This document shows, piece after piece, positions 1 to 11,493 of a DNA stretch of 64,000 nucleotides; position 1 is the stretch's first letter; every line of letters starts with the position of its first letter. Position numbers and translations under genes: made by a program. The notes under the pieces are model-generated. The model worked only from the letters and a program-made list of their open reading frames with translations. It did not search any database and was not told where the DNA came from. This DNA comes from Chrysemys picta bellii (taxonomy: Eukaryota): positions 30,504,001-30,568,000 of the forward strand of contig NC_088806.1 of assembly GCF_011386835.1 (NCBI RefSeq), in the 5' to 3' direction.

Positions 1-574
1 GAGGGTCATGAATGGAATAGCAGGGAGGGGATGCAGGTCAGGAATGAGGGGCATTGGCAGAGCTGAGTTGGGGTATCACAACTGCAATAGAGCCCTCAGA
101 GAGCTGGTTGCATAGCACTTGCCTATGTTGTTGCTGGTCTAACCAATATTACCAGTTACGCCAGTCTCACTGTCCTGTCTCAGCAGAGAGCCCTGGCCTG
201 CGGTCCTTGCTCCCAGTCTTGGCTGCTGGGCCAGAGCTCATGTTCGCCAAGCTGCAGGAATCATTTTTGGGTTTCCACTGGGCTTTTCTTTGTTGTATTT
301 CAGTTATTATTGAGTAGGGCCAGCTGGGGGATCTCCAGCCACATAGGGGATGGATAGTATTGACTCAACAGATTTTGGAAATGCCAAGATGCCTATATAT
401 ATATGAAGGTTTTAGGGGCACTATGCCTCTCTAAAAATCAATCAATAAACCAATCAGCCTGGAAGCAGTTGGAAGGCAAAGTGCAAGAACCAGATGTTCT
501 TTGGCCTCTGACAGGGCAATGGGCTTCAGGGTACTGCCTACAAATTCTTTAACCCCAGAGAACGAGGTACTCAC

Positions 575-1446
575 TTGATCTCTTGGTCCAGCTTCATGCT
601 TTGGGTATGTGCCATACTGTCCTTGTCATGAGTGAGCTGGCTGAGGTAATCCCAGAACCCATTCCTCGCCCGTTCAGCCTGAGCAGCTGCATGGGTGGAA
701 CAAGAGCATTTAACAGAGTGACCCTGGGAGAGCCTTGGTGGCAAAGCATGAGGTTGGTAGCAGGGAGGTGGCATGGGGGAGCTCTGTGAAGGGAAGACCT
801 GGTGTTGGGAGCTGCTCTTAAACTGATGGAGTTCACAGTCTGTAAATCCTTGAGACAGCATTTTATCCCTGGGATGCTCAGGAGGCTTCTCTACACTGAC
901 AAGTCCCAGGGGCGCCCCCTCCCCAAAGTAATAAAGGCCCTGATTTCCAGAGCTGCAGATCCCATTAACTTCAGTGGGCGTTCTGGGTGCCAGGCCCAGC
1001 ATAACCCGAAGGATTCGTCAGGGGGGCTGCCTCACATGACACAACGGAAGTGGAGGCCAGTGACACATGTTGGGTCCAGATGCCTGAGACTCCCGTGACA
1101 GGGTCAGAGCTACCCGGCCTTGGGGTACAGCGATAGCATCAAAGGAGCAATACATGGGGGACCTGTCACTGGGTCATCTTACTGTGACACCTTTCTTGTC
1201 TGGGGCGAGATGGGTCAACGGACTTGTCATCTCCTGTTCCAAAATACTATCTCACTAAGCTGCATCCTCTTGTAAGCAGCCAGTGCCCCCTGCCACGCAG
1301 CTGAATCCCCAGCACTGCCCCGACCAAGGACTTTCAACTGTCATGTCTAGAGCCGGGAAATGAGTCCCTGCATGTTGTTATAGAGAAGATCACCAACCTG
1401 AGACGGTGGCCAGGAGCAAAGCCAGAAGTGCAGCTTTGTGAGACAT
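575..1446 (-). CDS. APOA5: Apolipoprotein A-V, partial (first two coding exons; last exon lies left of the window)
   Basis: Coding exons 1446-1398 (49 nt, MSHKAALLALLLATVS-, donor GTTGGT) and 686-575 (112 nt, AAQAERARNGFWDYLSQLTHDKDSMAHTQSMKLDQEI-, CAG acceptor, GTGAGT donor). GFWDY.SQ is the ApoA-V N-terminal signature; phases 1 and 2 fit the family; position next to APOA4 fits. Confidence 0.93.
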
Positions 1447-1711
1447 GGTCAGTCTGGTCACTGGGCTGGGACTCTGCGGAGAGAAACCAACCAGAAAGCA
1501 GTTCGTGGAGTTCCTGCCATGACCCAGGCTTTGCCTTCACTTTATCGGCTCATGGGGTGGGGGCCAGGTTCATTTTCCAATGACTGGATCTTCTTTCTGG
1601 GTTGTTGCTTTTTGCAATGACTCTCTTTCGATTCAAACACATTTCAGGTGGGGATTTAAATTGAAGCTGGATGGCACAAAGTCCAGATGGTGAATGTAAA
1701 ATACAGCCAGA

Positions 1712-1831
1712 GGCCAGATTCTGATAGCCTCCCATTGAGTAGCACCTTACCGCTTCATTGATTTCATTTCAGTGGGGCCACTCAAGGTGTAAGGTATTCT
1801 CAATGTGAGTAAGGGTATCAAGAACTGGCCC
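1712..1831. mobile_element. Short non-autonomous DNA transposon (MITE-like) in APOA5 intron 1
   Basis: Imperfect terminal inverted repeats GGCCAGATTCTGAT ... ATCAAGAACTGGCC around a 90-nt core. Confidence 0.55.
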
Positions 1832-2284
1832 CCTTGGTCAGCAAGATAAACTGCCTCTGAGTGGGAGCAAACCATGGACACAACCTATGGTTCCTGGTCC
1901 ATGACTAGGGCTTCCTAGGCACTATCATAATACAAATAAATAAATCATAATACAAGTTCAGTGGTCCTTGTAAGGAGAGCAGAGGTGACCTCAATTTGCA
2001 CACATGCATGGTAATCACCCCTTTGTGTCAATATCACCGTTGGTTTGAAATTAGTTATTCCAAATGATCAGAGAGCTCAGCTCTGCACTGGGCACTGTTT
2101 TCAAGAAGATAACTCAGAACAACCTCAGGGGAAACCATTTTAACAGATCCGTCCACTGACGTCAAGGAAAACTCTATAGCCCTGATACAGGTTCATTTCC
2201 AAACTTCTCACGGTGCTCTAAGGTGAGACCGCCCCCACACCTCACAGCTTTATGCCCTTGTGGAAATCCATACAAGAGCACTAT

Positions 2285-2645
2285 ACCCTACTAAAGCATC
2301 TTTCATCCAAGGCTTTCAAAGAGCTTTGCAGTCTAAGTAATCCAGCATCACAGGCCACTGCAGCACACAGTAGATCAGCATTGTTATCCCATTTTATAGC
2401 TGGTGAAACTAGGGCTGATAGAGATGTGACCTAGAGTGTGTCAGTGAAAGAGTTGGGTCTAGAATTCAGGAGTCCTTCCAGTTCCCTGCTCTAACCACTA
2501 AACCATATTCCCCCCGATGCAGAAATGGAACCCAGGAAACATGACTCCCCGTGTCCCTATGCACTAGGTAACATTTCAAGAGGTGAGAATAGAACCCAGG
2601 AGTCCTGACTCACAGCTTTCTGCTCTAACTTCTACACAACATTCC
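2285..2645 (-). mobile_element. MIR/CORE-SINE-like element plus tandem tRNA-like SINE heads
   Basis: Reverse MIR core (ttatcccattttatagctggtgaaact) followed by repeated agaacccaggagtcctgactc...tctaaccac head units. Boundaries approximate. Confidence 0.65.
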
Positions 2646-2701
2646 CTGGAAAATGCCTTGAGCTGCTGCAGAAGTAACGAATTGTATCACCTGCACCTTA
2701 C

Positions 2702-2766
2702 CTAGCTGCTGTTCACCTGCTGTCCTCTGTGAGTTGGACCCTGGATCACGCTGCTCACTTTATATA
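2702..2766 (-). promoter_or_regulatory. APOA5: APOA5 TATA box (2759-2766) and non-coding exon 1 (~2735-2702)
   Basis: Minus strand TATATAAA, then about 55 nt later AG|GTAAGG donor at 2702/2701; matching acceptor TTTCTCTCCGCAG before exon 2 at 1473. TSS is estimated. Confidence 0.72.
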
Positions 2767-3444
2767 TGGAGCAGTATTAGGCAGAAGTGCTCAGGTGACA
2801 AGAGGTCCCATACGCATCTGCATGTAAATACAACGTGGAGGTTCAAAGACATTCTCAGAGCATGACGTGAGTACCAGTCATCTGACTGGCTCTCACAGAT
2901 CACTCACCACCCTCGCCCCACCCATCTACCAGTTCAGTTCCAGCTACCCCAGCCAACCACCTCTCTCCCCAGTGGCTTACAAACAAAGTTAACCCTTTGC
3001 ATGCTGCAGAAATGTATGTGCCAGACATCCTCCTAAGCATCCACTGGGCTAGCAAGTTAGAAAATACCAGAGCTCCAGGGTATCCAGGAACAATAGCCAA
3101 TCACAGGTCCTCACCTTTCTCTTCTTGATGGATAAGATGGTATATTACCAGTGATAAGAGAGGCCTTGCTGGTCGCGCTGCCCAGGTCTCTGGATTCGGG
3201 TGAAGCTGGATTCGGGGCTGACCTTTGTATCCCAGTCTCATACACCAAGACAAACAGCACTATCTGTTTGCCTGGCTTGATAGTTCTGCCACTGGGTTCC
3301 ACAGCTGCGCAACCAAGTGTGAGCTGCCAATCCTGTGGAAAAGGCAAGAGGTTATTTGCCCTGAAGGGGGTAGAATCCAAGAGGGAAAAGCAGGGGCTGT
3401 TAACCCTTTGGAAACTGGCAACCTACAGCTGCACATCCTCTTAA

Positions 3445-3715
3445 GGGAGTTTGGATTACTAGTGTTTTATTATCATGGTAGCGTCTGGAGGCCCCAATTA
3501 AGATCAGTCCCTATTGTGCCGGGTGCTGTACAAACACATAGTGAGAGTCTGTCACTGCCCTGAAGAACTTACAGACGGACAAAGGGTGGGGGAAAGGAAG
3601 GGCTATTGTCCCTACTTTACAGCTGGGGAGTCTCTGACAGAAAGGAACTGAACCTAGATCTCCTGAGTCCCAGTCCAGGGCTGTAGCCACAGTACCCATC
3701 TTTCCACCGGAAGCT
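3445..3715 (-). mobile_element. MIR/CORE-SINE-like element
   Basis: Tail gtgctgtacaaacacatagtgagag...ccctgaagaacttaca, core attgtccctactttacagctgggga, head gatctcctgagtcccagtccagggctgtagccac. Confidence 0.7.
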
Positions 3716-6700
3716 TTTCTTTGCAGGAACCATCTCTCTGTATCTGTCTGCACACTGCCCAGCACAAGGGACCCTGATCCCAGCTGGAGCCTGGTGAATA
3801 GAACTATGAAATATAATAATTAATAGCAAAAGGGGGAAAAGATTTGGGAAAATGGTGCCTTTTTGTCCTGAGCCATTTCATAACCCAGACAGCTCATCTT
3901 TTGCCCAGTTTCAGCAAAATGGCTATTTGTCCATCCAGAACACCCAACATGTAACTTTTTGGCATGTTTTATTCATGTATTTTAACCGGTGAAACAATTT
4001 CAAATTTTGTAAACAACATTTTAAAAAGCATATTTGTCACTGAAAAACCAGCCATGCTGAGTGAAAGTGGGGCCAGTTTAAAGTGAAAAGCCGCGTTTGA
4101 GAGCGTTTTCCAAAACCGAGCCATTTTCAAACATTCGGAACAAATTGTGGGCTCCAGGCGCCTTTGACTGGCATTTCAGATTCTCCACCCAGAGCTTCTC
4201 CTGAGGACGGCAGGCGAGGAAATGGCCAGCACCCGGAAGGGTCAGTTCATACCCGTCACACTGTTTGACAGCCCCCTGTGTCTGTGCTGATGCAGAAGCA
4301 GTGACCAGCAGCACACTGAACACAGCAGGCGAGGCAGGTAGGAGACAACACGAGACATCTCCAAGACATCTCCAGCACACAGGTGATCCATGGAGGTGTA
4401 CGAGGATCCTACCTGAGCTTCGCTCATACAACCAGATGCAGAGCCCTGGGGCTCTGTGCAGCCTAGACTTTGCAGGTGCTTCGATCTCCAAGCTGACTTC
4501 TAGACCGTGCACTGCTACTAAGATCTATACGTTATCTATACGCTTCCACTGGGCTCAGGTTGCTACAGCAAACCAAAGCAACGGAACAGCTGGTGAACTC
4601 TGGTCTGGGCACACTGGTGTGTTAGTGCAGGGCTGCTCACAAGCACTGGGCTGCTGGCACTGCATTTGAAATAGGAAAACAAAGCTTGGAAATATTTGTT
4701 TTGAGGGAAATGAATCAAACTCTGTAAACAGTGACGGGAGTAAACTCCTCAGACCCTGTCTCTCCACCTCCGATTTGCTTATTCCGAGAACTGATCTGCA
4801 AACCTTTACCTCATTTAGCTTTTGTATCACATTAATACCTAAGGCCTTTCTGGGAAACAGGCAGACAGGGTACTTCATGTTTTCAGCCTCTTTCCCAGTG
4901 AGGATGTGTTATCTGCATGCAGATTAGAGGAGGTGACAATCCACGTATTTGGCAAAGTCCAGCCTGAGGCAAGGGTGAAGTTCCAGGCAGTCACTGACCC
5001 TCCTCTGACACCAAAGTTCACCTCTCTCCCCTGAGCCATGCAAACAGGAGCGGCTCACAGGGCGCAGGGCTCTGCTGCACCCCCATTTTCCTCTCCACCT
5101 GATCCCGAAGTCACTCTCCAGCCTGGACAGGTAGCTGGGGGGCTGCTCCTGCGTGATGCCTATTATAATTCCCTCTAATTGGGCACCTTCCAGCCCCTGG
5201 AGGAACTTGGCCCTAGTCCATCAATTTCTGCCATTATTATTATTCCATTTAAAACATTTTTCATGTGAATGTAGCACTGGGGCGAGGTGGCCTGGGGATC
5301 TAGGTCCTCTCCGCATCTCCGGGACAGGAGCAGCCCTGGTAAAGCTCCCCAGCGGTAACAGAGTGCCTCACACTGACCTCCTTAGGGCTGTGAGAGGCGT
5401 TCAGTCTCCAGGACCCGTTCAGCCCCTCGCCTCACTCCTGAGACTGCCCACAAGGGGGCCAATTAGTGCCGAGAATGAGGCTGGTGTTTTGGGGGACATG
5501 CAGAACCGGCCACTGGGAACTGGAACGAGGCCACCAAAGAGCCATGAGCTGGGGACAACTTTCTGCCTCTCCCTGCCGGAGCCGAAAAGCTGCTAAGAGA
5601 GGAAAGATGTGTATTGTGTATTGATGCAGGACTGAAGAACCCAGAGATCCCACCTGAGACCAGGGCCCCACAGTGCTGGGCATTGCACAGAGCTCACAGC
5701 CCAGGTCTCATGAGCCATTCCCACAGGCCTTTCCCAGCTTCTTCAGTCATGTGAGTGGGCTCGTCTCTCTCTGCCCTCGTTCCCCAGCCCTGCTGCCCTG
5801 CTCCACCCCCTCTCCGACGGCTCCACATGCACCCTGCTCCTCAGGAAATCGATTCTGATGCTGAGTTAACTTGGGTTTCTGACGGGTGAAGGTGGCTGGT
5901 GTGGGCACTAATGATCAGGGCAGCCCAGCCAGGAGCAGGACATGGAAAGTAGCAGGTATCTAAACCACATAACTGGTCTGTAGTGTTACAGTAGTGACCG
6001 AGACCCCATTCTGCCAGGCGCTGTACAAACACAGAGCAGGAGCTTGCTGGGGCCCCTGCATCACTCTTTCCCTCTGCAGCGAGGTGTCTCTTGGGGTCTC
6101 CCATGCAAATACAGAGCCAGCCTAACACTGCTTAGTTTGTGAGAGCAGCCTGGCGGCAGGTCACAACAGCAGATTCGGTGTCACTTTGGGGAGTGAGTTG
6201 TGCACGCAGCAGAAATCCAACCATTATTTCCGAGGGGACGTGGGTTACAGTGACTCGTCTTCACAACTGCCTGAGCTAGCTTGCTGCTGCCAATGCAAGC
6301 CCTCTCCTTGCCACCTTAATCCCAGTTAATCCCCTTAATCCCAGTTTGACCCTCCTCATGGAATGCTAATAGGTAGGCCCAGCTTCCTAGGGGCCGTTGG
6401 GCAATGGGAATGCCTAGTGGGAGCTAGATAACCCACTATCGCTCTAGATGCTCTTTGCCTAGCATAGCACTCGCCTGGACTTTAGCAGGGCTGTCCTTAG
6501 AGAGACGAGGGGCAGTCTGGGCTAAAGCCAGTGCAATGCCGGAAAGCTTCCCCTTGCAGGAATGTGGATGATGAAGATGATGATCAAGGCCCAAGGAAGC
6601 CCTCCACCCACAGGTGTCAGATTAGCACCCCAGACAAAATCAGTGCAGCTGTAAAATAAAACGGACCCGCTTCAGCAGCTTCCTTCCTGGGGTGTCTGAA

Positions 6701-7542
6701 AGAGACAAAGCCCTGCTCCTCATTCGTTGCGGACAGTGCAGCGTAAGAAGTTCAGTGCACACTCACACACGCATACGCATTCACACACACACAGAGAACA
6801 ACAAAACAACAGCACTGGGCTGACCTACCCAGCGTTATGAAGGCATCTCCTCATTTGGGGACTGTTCAGAGGCTGGGAATGTGGCTATATGGTTTGGATT
6901 CAGAGCACCGCATTGAAGGGCTTCCGTTGCTACATCACCAACACACTGGAGTGTCGGCAATCCACCCCTCTAGATTACAGCTTCACAGCGAGCACGGGGT
7001 GGTAGGCACCCAAAATGGTTTTCATGCATTGGCCATTGAGAGGCCTCGTTGAAACAAAGAGGTGGGTGGGTCTCCAGCCCCTTGCTGCAGGACAGGCATC
7101 CCCATCACTCACAGCACTAACTAGCTCCTCGTTAGCAGCCTCAGCCAAGGGGATGAATGCACCGTGGAGCCTGCAGTCCCTTCTCCCCCCGGGAGAGGGA
7201 GCCCTTGGGCCAGGGCTGTGACAGTGTGGGGAAAAGCTGTCCCTGTTCCGTGGGTAGAGACCCTTGGGTGGTCAATCCAGCGTGATGTTCACTTTGAACC
7301 AGACACTAATAATTCCAGCCCTGGGGTTTTGCTCCCAGGCCAGGCTGAGCTACTGCCGGCCCCATGAAGAGCAGGGCCAAGGTGGAGTGATTGCTGTCAG
7401 AGCACACAGCTGGCAGACAGTCACAGCTGCATATCAATATGGCTCAGATGTTAACAAACACCACCGCTGTCTGTAGCTAGCAGCCCTTCATGTGTCCCCA
7501 AACCACACTCCCTCAGCTGGGGGTGTTCCATGGTCCCTCAGA

Positions 7543-7628
7543 CCAGGTCCTCAGGTGATGCAAAGCACCATACCTGCATTGACCTCAAAGGAGCTGCACC
7601 GATTTACCCCAGTGCAGGGTTTGGCTCC
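7543..7628. mobile_element. Degenerate short palindromic MITE
   Basis: gaccaggtcctcag...attgacctcaaaggagctgcaccgatttaccccagtgcagggtttggctc resembles short GGCCAGATCC-type inverted-repeat elements. Confidence 0.4.
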
Positions 7629-8525
7629 TTGTCTGTAGATGAATGACACACTATTAGAATAGGAAGTGGAGCCCGGGAAAACCAGAGTGCCCTGTTCCCA
7701 GGGCAGCAAGTGTCTTAGCCTGGCAGAAGAGGACCCCTGGGAAACCCCGTCCAATCCTGGGACACAGGATCTGCTGCTCAGAGAAGTGGAGTGGGGCAGA
7801 GTGGGGGGTGCACGAGAGCTCACAGCTGGCTGGTGGCTGCCAGGGCTCAGGAGGCGATTGTAAGGGGGTCATTCTCAGGCGGGCAAGCCAGGGAATGTTA
7901 ATTCCCAGGGTTGGTCTGTTTATCAATCCAAATTAAAAGTGTTTCCCCTTGGATTTAAACCTCCCTCTGCAGTGTCTGTACCCCAGACACTGCAACAAGT
8001 GTTCTCCAACTAGCTCAATGCGTGGACCACAACCTAACAGAGACACTGTCTTGTGGACACCTCCCCTCCCTGCTTCCATCACCCAGCCCCATGCCCCACA
8101 CTATTCATGACCATGCAGACCACCTTGCTTGGAGCAGGTCCCTTTCCATCCCCCACTGCCCAGACCCTGCTTCCCTCCCATTGGCAATCACCCGAGTGTA
8201 TCCACAGGACATCCCAGCACAGGGCTTTCAACTGGTGAGAAGAAAGAAAGAAAGAAAAACCAGACAATCTTTTTCCCTCTCCCCTCATCCAGCCTAGTTT
8301 ATCCCCTGGTTTCCTGTTCAGACTCACTGGAGTGTACTGGGCTCATTAATTTAACAAATTAGGCACTTTCTCACGCCACTAGAACTGGGAAGGGACAGCA
8401 CCCCCCACCCCATGCACCCAAGGAAGAACCTAGGGCCTCTGCAGAACCAGTAATAGCAGACTGCGTCTCGTATGGGTCAGGCTAAGAGAGAGACAGAGTC
8501 GCCATGTGCATTGCTGTGTTGCGGT

Positions 8526-8531
8526 TTTATT
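8526..8531 (-). terminator. APOA4: APOA4 polyadenylation signal AATAAA
   Basis: TTTATT on + strand about 290 nt past the stop codon; first AATAAA downstream. Confidence 0.7.
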
Positions 8532-8823
8532 TCAGCAGATACAGTAGGTGCAATTTTGGAGTGAGAGCAAGTGCAGGAAAGTCGGTAGCAGCACAGACAG
8601 TCGTCCCGCATGTGCAGGTCTCCTGGCAGTCACAGCTCCGGGTCCCTTTCCCGTGCTGTGGCATGAGCTGCGGAAGACCAGCGAGCCCTTGAGCCTGTCC
8701 TGGGGCTGGTTCCAGTGCTCTTCGCCCCGAGCTCTGAGGTAGACAGCGGCTTGCCTTGTGCAGTGGAGGGGAGGGTGAGCAGGTGGTGATAGGAAGCGAA
8801 GCCGAGCCCTCTTAGGAATCCCC

Positions 8824-10813
8824 TTAGTTTTCGATCTGCTTGATGGTGCTGAAGAAGGAGGCGACCTTGTCCCGCACGTCCTTCTCCAGGAAGCTGAGAT
8901 GATCCTCCACTTCCCCAGCGTAGGGGCCCAACTTCTGCCTCATCTCCTCCACCTTCTGCACCAGCTGCTTGTTGAAGGCCTCCCCGTAGGGGCCCACGGT
9001 TTGGCGGAACTCCTCAATCTTCTGTTCCATCTGCCCGCTCAGGCCCTCCACGTAGGGGCCCAGGGACTGGCGCAGGCCCTCGGCATCCGTGCGCAGCTTC
9101 TCCTTCAGCTCCTCGGCATAAGGGTTCAGCTTCAGGCGCAGCTCGTCCGCGCTCTCCGAAAGCTTGGCCCGCAGGTCCTCTGCACCCTTCTTCATCTGGA
9201 AGGACAGGCCCTCGAGCTGGCGATTGAGCTTGTCCTGCACGTCCTGGGCGTAGGGGGCCAGTTGCTTGCGCAGCTCCTCCACGTTCTGGTCTATCTTGAC
9301 TTGGAGCGCGTCGGCCAAGGGCGCCAGCTTCTCTTTCATGTCCGCCACGTTTTTGTCAATCTGTTGCTGGAGCTGCTCAGCATAGGGGGCCAGGGATGCC
9401 TGGAGGCCGTCCACGTTCTCCTGCAGCTTGTCCCGCAGCTCTTGGGCGTAGGGGGCCAGCTGCCGGCGCAGCAAATCCGCATTCTGGTTGACCTGGCCAC
9501 GCAGCTCCTCGGCATACGGGCTCAGCTTCAGCTGCAGCTCCTGGACGTTCTTGCTGATCTGCTGGTGCACTTCGTCGGCGTAAGGGGACAGCTTGACGCG
9601 CAGGTCCTCCAGCTCCTGCCGGATCTGCTCCTTCAGCTTCTCCGAGTCCTGGCTCAGCTTGGCGTGCAGCTCGGTGGCGAAGGGGATCAGCTTCTTCTGC
9701 AGGTCCCCCGCATAGGAGTTGACATTCTGGAGGTTGTCCTGGAAGAGGGTGCTGGGGGAGAAGGGGAAGGGAAGCTCAGGACCTGGAGTGTCTTTCATTG
9801 ATTCACTGCCCACTCAAGCACCGTCCCCTACCCTGTACCCTTGCAACTACATCTAGCGGCATTTCCGGGTACCCATCTCTGTGCGCTCACCCTTGTCGGA
9901 GCAGCCCTTGGCTGCAGACCTGCCTGTCGGTGCCTCTAGGGAACCCCACCTCTCCCAGCTCCCCTGCTCCTGACCTGGGGGGGGGCACGTTTCCCTGCAA
10001 GCCTGTTGTCCCCACTGTTTTGCATGAGAGTGGGTCCCTCCCGCTTAGTGGGGCAGTGGGTCTGGCAGGCCATACGCCCTTGTTACATCAGGCAACCGGC
10101 TTCTCTTTCATTGCTGCTTTTGCTCTGGTGTGACTGTTTATTCTGGTTGGATCTCCTAAAACCAGTGCAGAGAAGCAGGTACCAGCGCTTTATTCTCTCC
10201 ACCCGTGCCAGCCCCCGGAACCTGCTCAGGTCTCATCCCTCCCACGGGCTCCAACACACCCCTCCCTACGGATCGCGGCCTCACCCGCCCACCCATGGAG
10301 CCAGGGGCCTGCTCTCAGGTGCACTCACTTGAGCTGCTTGCTGATTTCAGATTGCTGGATCTGCTCCATCGTCTCCTTGGCATTGCCGGTCAGCTGGGTG
10401 AAGTAATTCCAGACCACATCGGCCACCTGCCGGGCACTGACATCTGCATGGGCCCCTATGGAGAAACGAGCACCAGCGCTCAGCGCCATGTGCAGCCAGC
10501 CCTATGCCTGCCCCACCCCTCTCCTATTCCCAGGGGTTTTCTTTCCATCCAGCCTCGCAGAGCATCCTACATAGCCCTGAGGCCACATCTCCAGGTGAGG
10601 CCCTCCTCACTCCCTGGAGCCGACCCCGGCAAGACAGGAGCAAAGAGTCCAGTTGGCCACGGCTCTGCGGAGCAGGATGCTGGGACGGGGACAGGAGGCA
10701 GCCCGAGAGGGCCCCCAGCCCCGAGGGCTGCACCCGCCCAGCAGGAGAGGCTGCTCTCCCTTACCTGTGATGGCGAGAAGTGCCAGAGCGAGGGTGACAG
10801 CCTTCAGAGACAT
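8824..10813 (-). CDS. APOA4: Apolipoprotein A-IV, complete, 367 aa
   Basis: Exons 10813-10765 (49 nt, [16 protein letters not shown]-), 10455-10329 (127 nt, [42 protein letters not shown]-), 9751-8824 (928 nt, [22 protein letters not shown]...[10 protein letters not shown]). All GT-AG; 1104 nt total; tandem 22-mer LxPYAxEL amphipathic repeats. Confidence 0.97.
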
Positions 10814-11315
10814 CCTGCGCTGTTTGGGTTCAGGGACCAGCCAGGCAAAATGAGCCACTCTGCAGAGAGAACAAAATGCGTCAGTCTCCCCGTGCGCACT
10901 GACCCTGCTCTTCCCGCAGCGCCCCCCCCCCCATGCTGAGCCCCTCGCTGTCACAGGGCAGGCTGGGACAAACGAGGTCAGCTTGGGATTCCTCCCCCTC
11001 CTCTGTCCCCCCCGTCAAAGCACCCCATCTTCCTGCCAGGCTGAGCTCCCCGCAGGGACCCCGCAGCTCAGCCATTGACCTGGAAACGGCTGCGGTTCCC
11101 AGTGCCCATCTCACCCACCCACTGACTCCTCGGGACAGACCCGTAGCCCCTGCCCGTCTCCTGGCTGCACCCCTTGTAGGATGCCCCTGCAGCCGTTCCC
11201 CAGCGAGACACTGTGCAGTGACCACTGCCCAGCAGGGCCTGCGGTCTCAGGCTCCTGCCACAGCTCCCTGCCCCAGGGGTTAGCTGTCTGCTGCTCCCCC
11301 TTCCAGCCAGCTGAC

Positions 11316-11374
11316 CTATGCTGCTGCCTCTCCGCGGCTGCCTGCCGGTTGTGCCCTGCTGGCCTGTATTTATA
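11316..11374 (-). promoter_or_regulatory. APOA4: APOA4 TATA box (11367-11374) and putative non-coding exon 1 (~11342-11316)
   Basis: TATAAATA on minus strand; AG|GTCAGC donor at 11316/11315; strong acceptor TTTTGTTCTCTCTGCAG at 10860-10876 opening exon 2 at 10859. Confidence 0.7.
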
Positions 11375-11432
11375 CCGCAGCCAGCAGCCCCCGCCGGCTT
11401 CCACGCAGGCTGGTGACACAGTCCCCAGGGCT

Positions 11433-11493
11433 TGGACTTTAGTAAGGACCCAACGTGGAAGCTCCTGACGTGTGCACGGGTGTGTCGTTATCT
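11433..11493 (-). promoter_or_regulatory. APOA4: APOA4 proximal promoter motifs: HNF4-like, CREBH-type pair, GATA
   Basis: TGGACTTTAG 11433-11442; CAACGTGG (=CCACGTTG) 11451-11458; TGACGTG 11466-11472; TTATCT 11488-11493. Confidence 0.6.

Noticed and set aside
6316-6342. Three TAATCC (OTX/PITX-type) motifs
   Set aside because: Best explained by a local slippage duplication of ccttaatcccagtt.
7968-7994. Perfect 11-bp hairpin tgcagtgtctg-taccc-cagacactgca
   Set aside because: Too short for a pre-miRNA; likely a MITE remnant or chance.
8899-9801. 300-aa + strand ORF
   Set aside because: Antisense shadow of the GC3-rich APOA4 last exon; Leu/Gln-rich with no independent promoter or splice signals.
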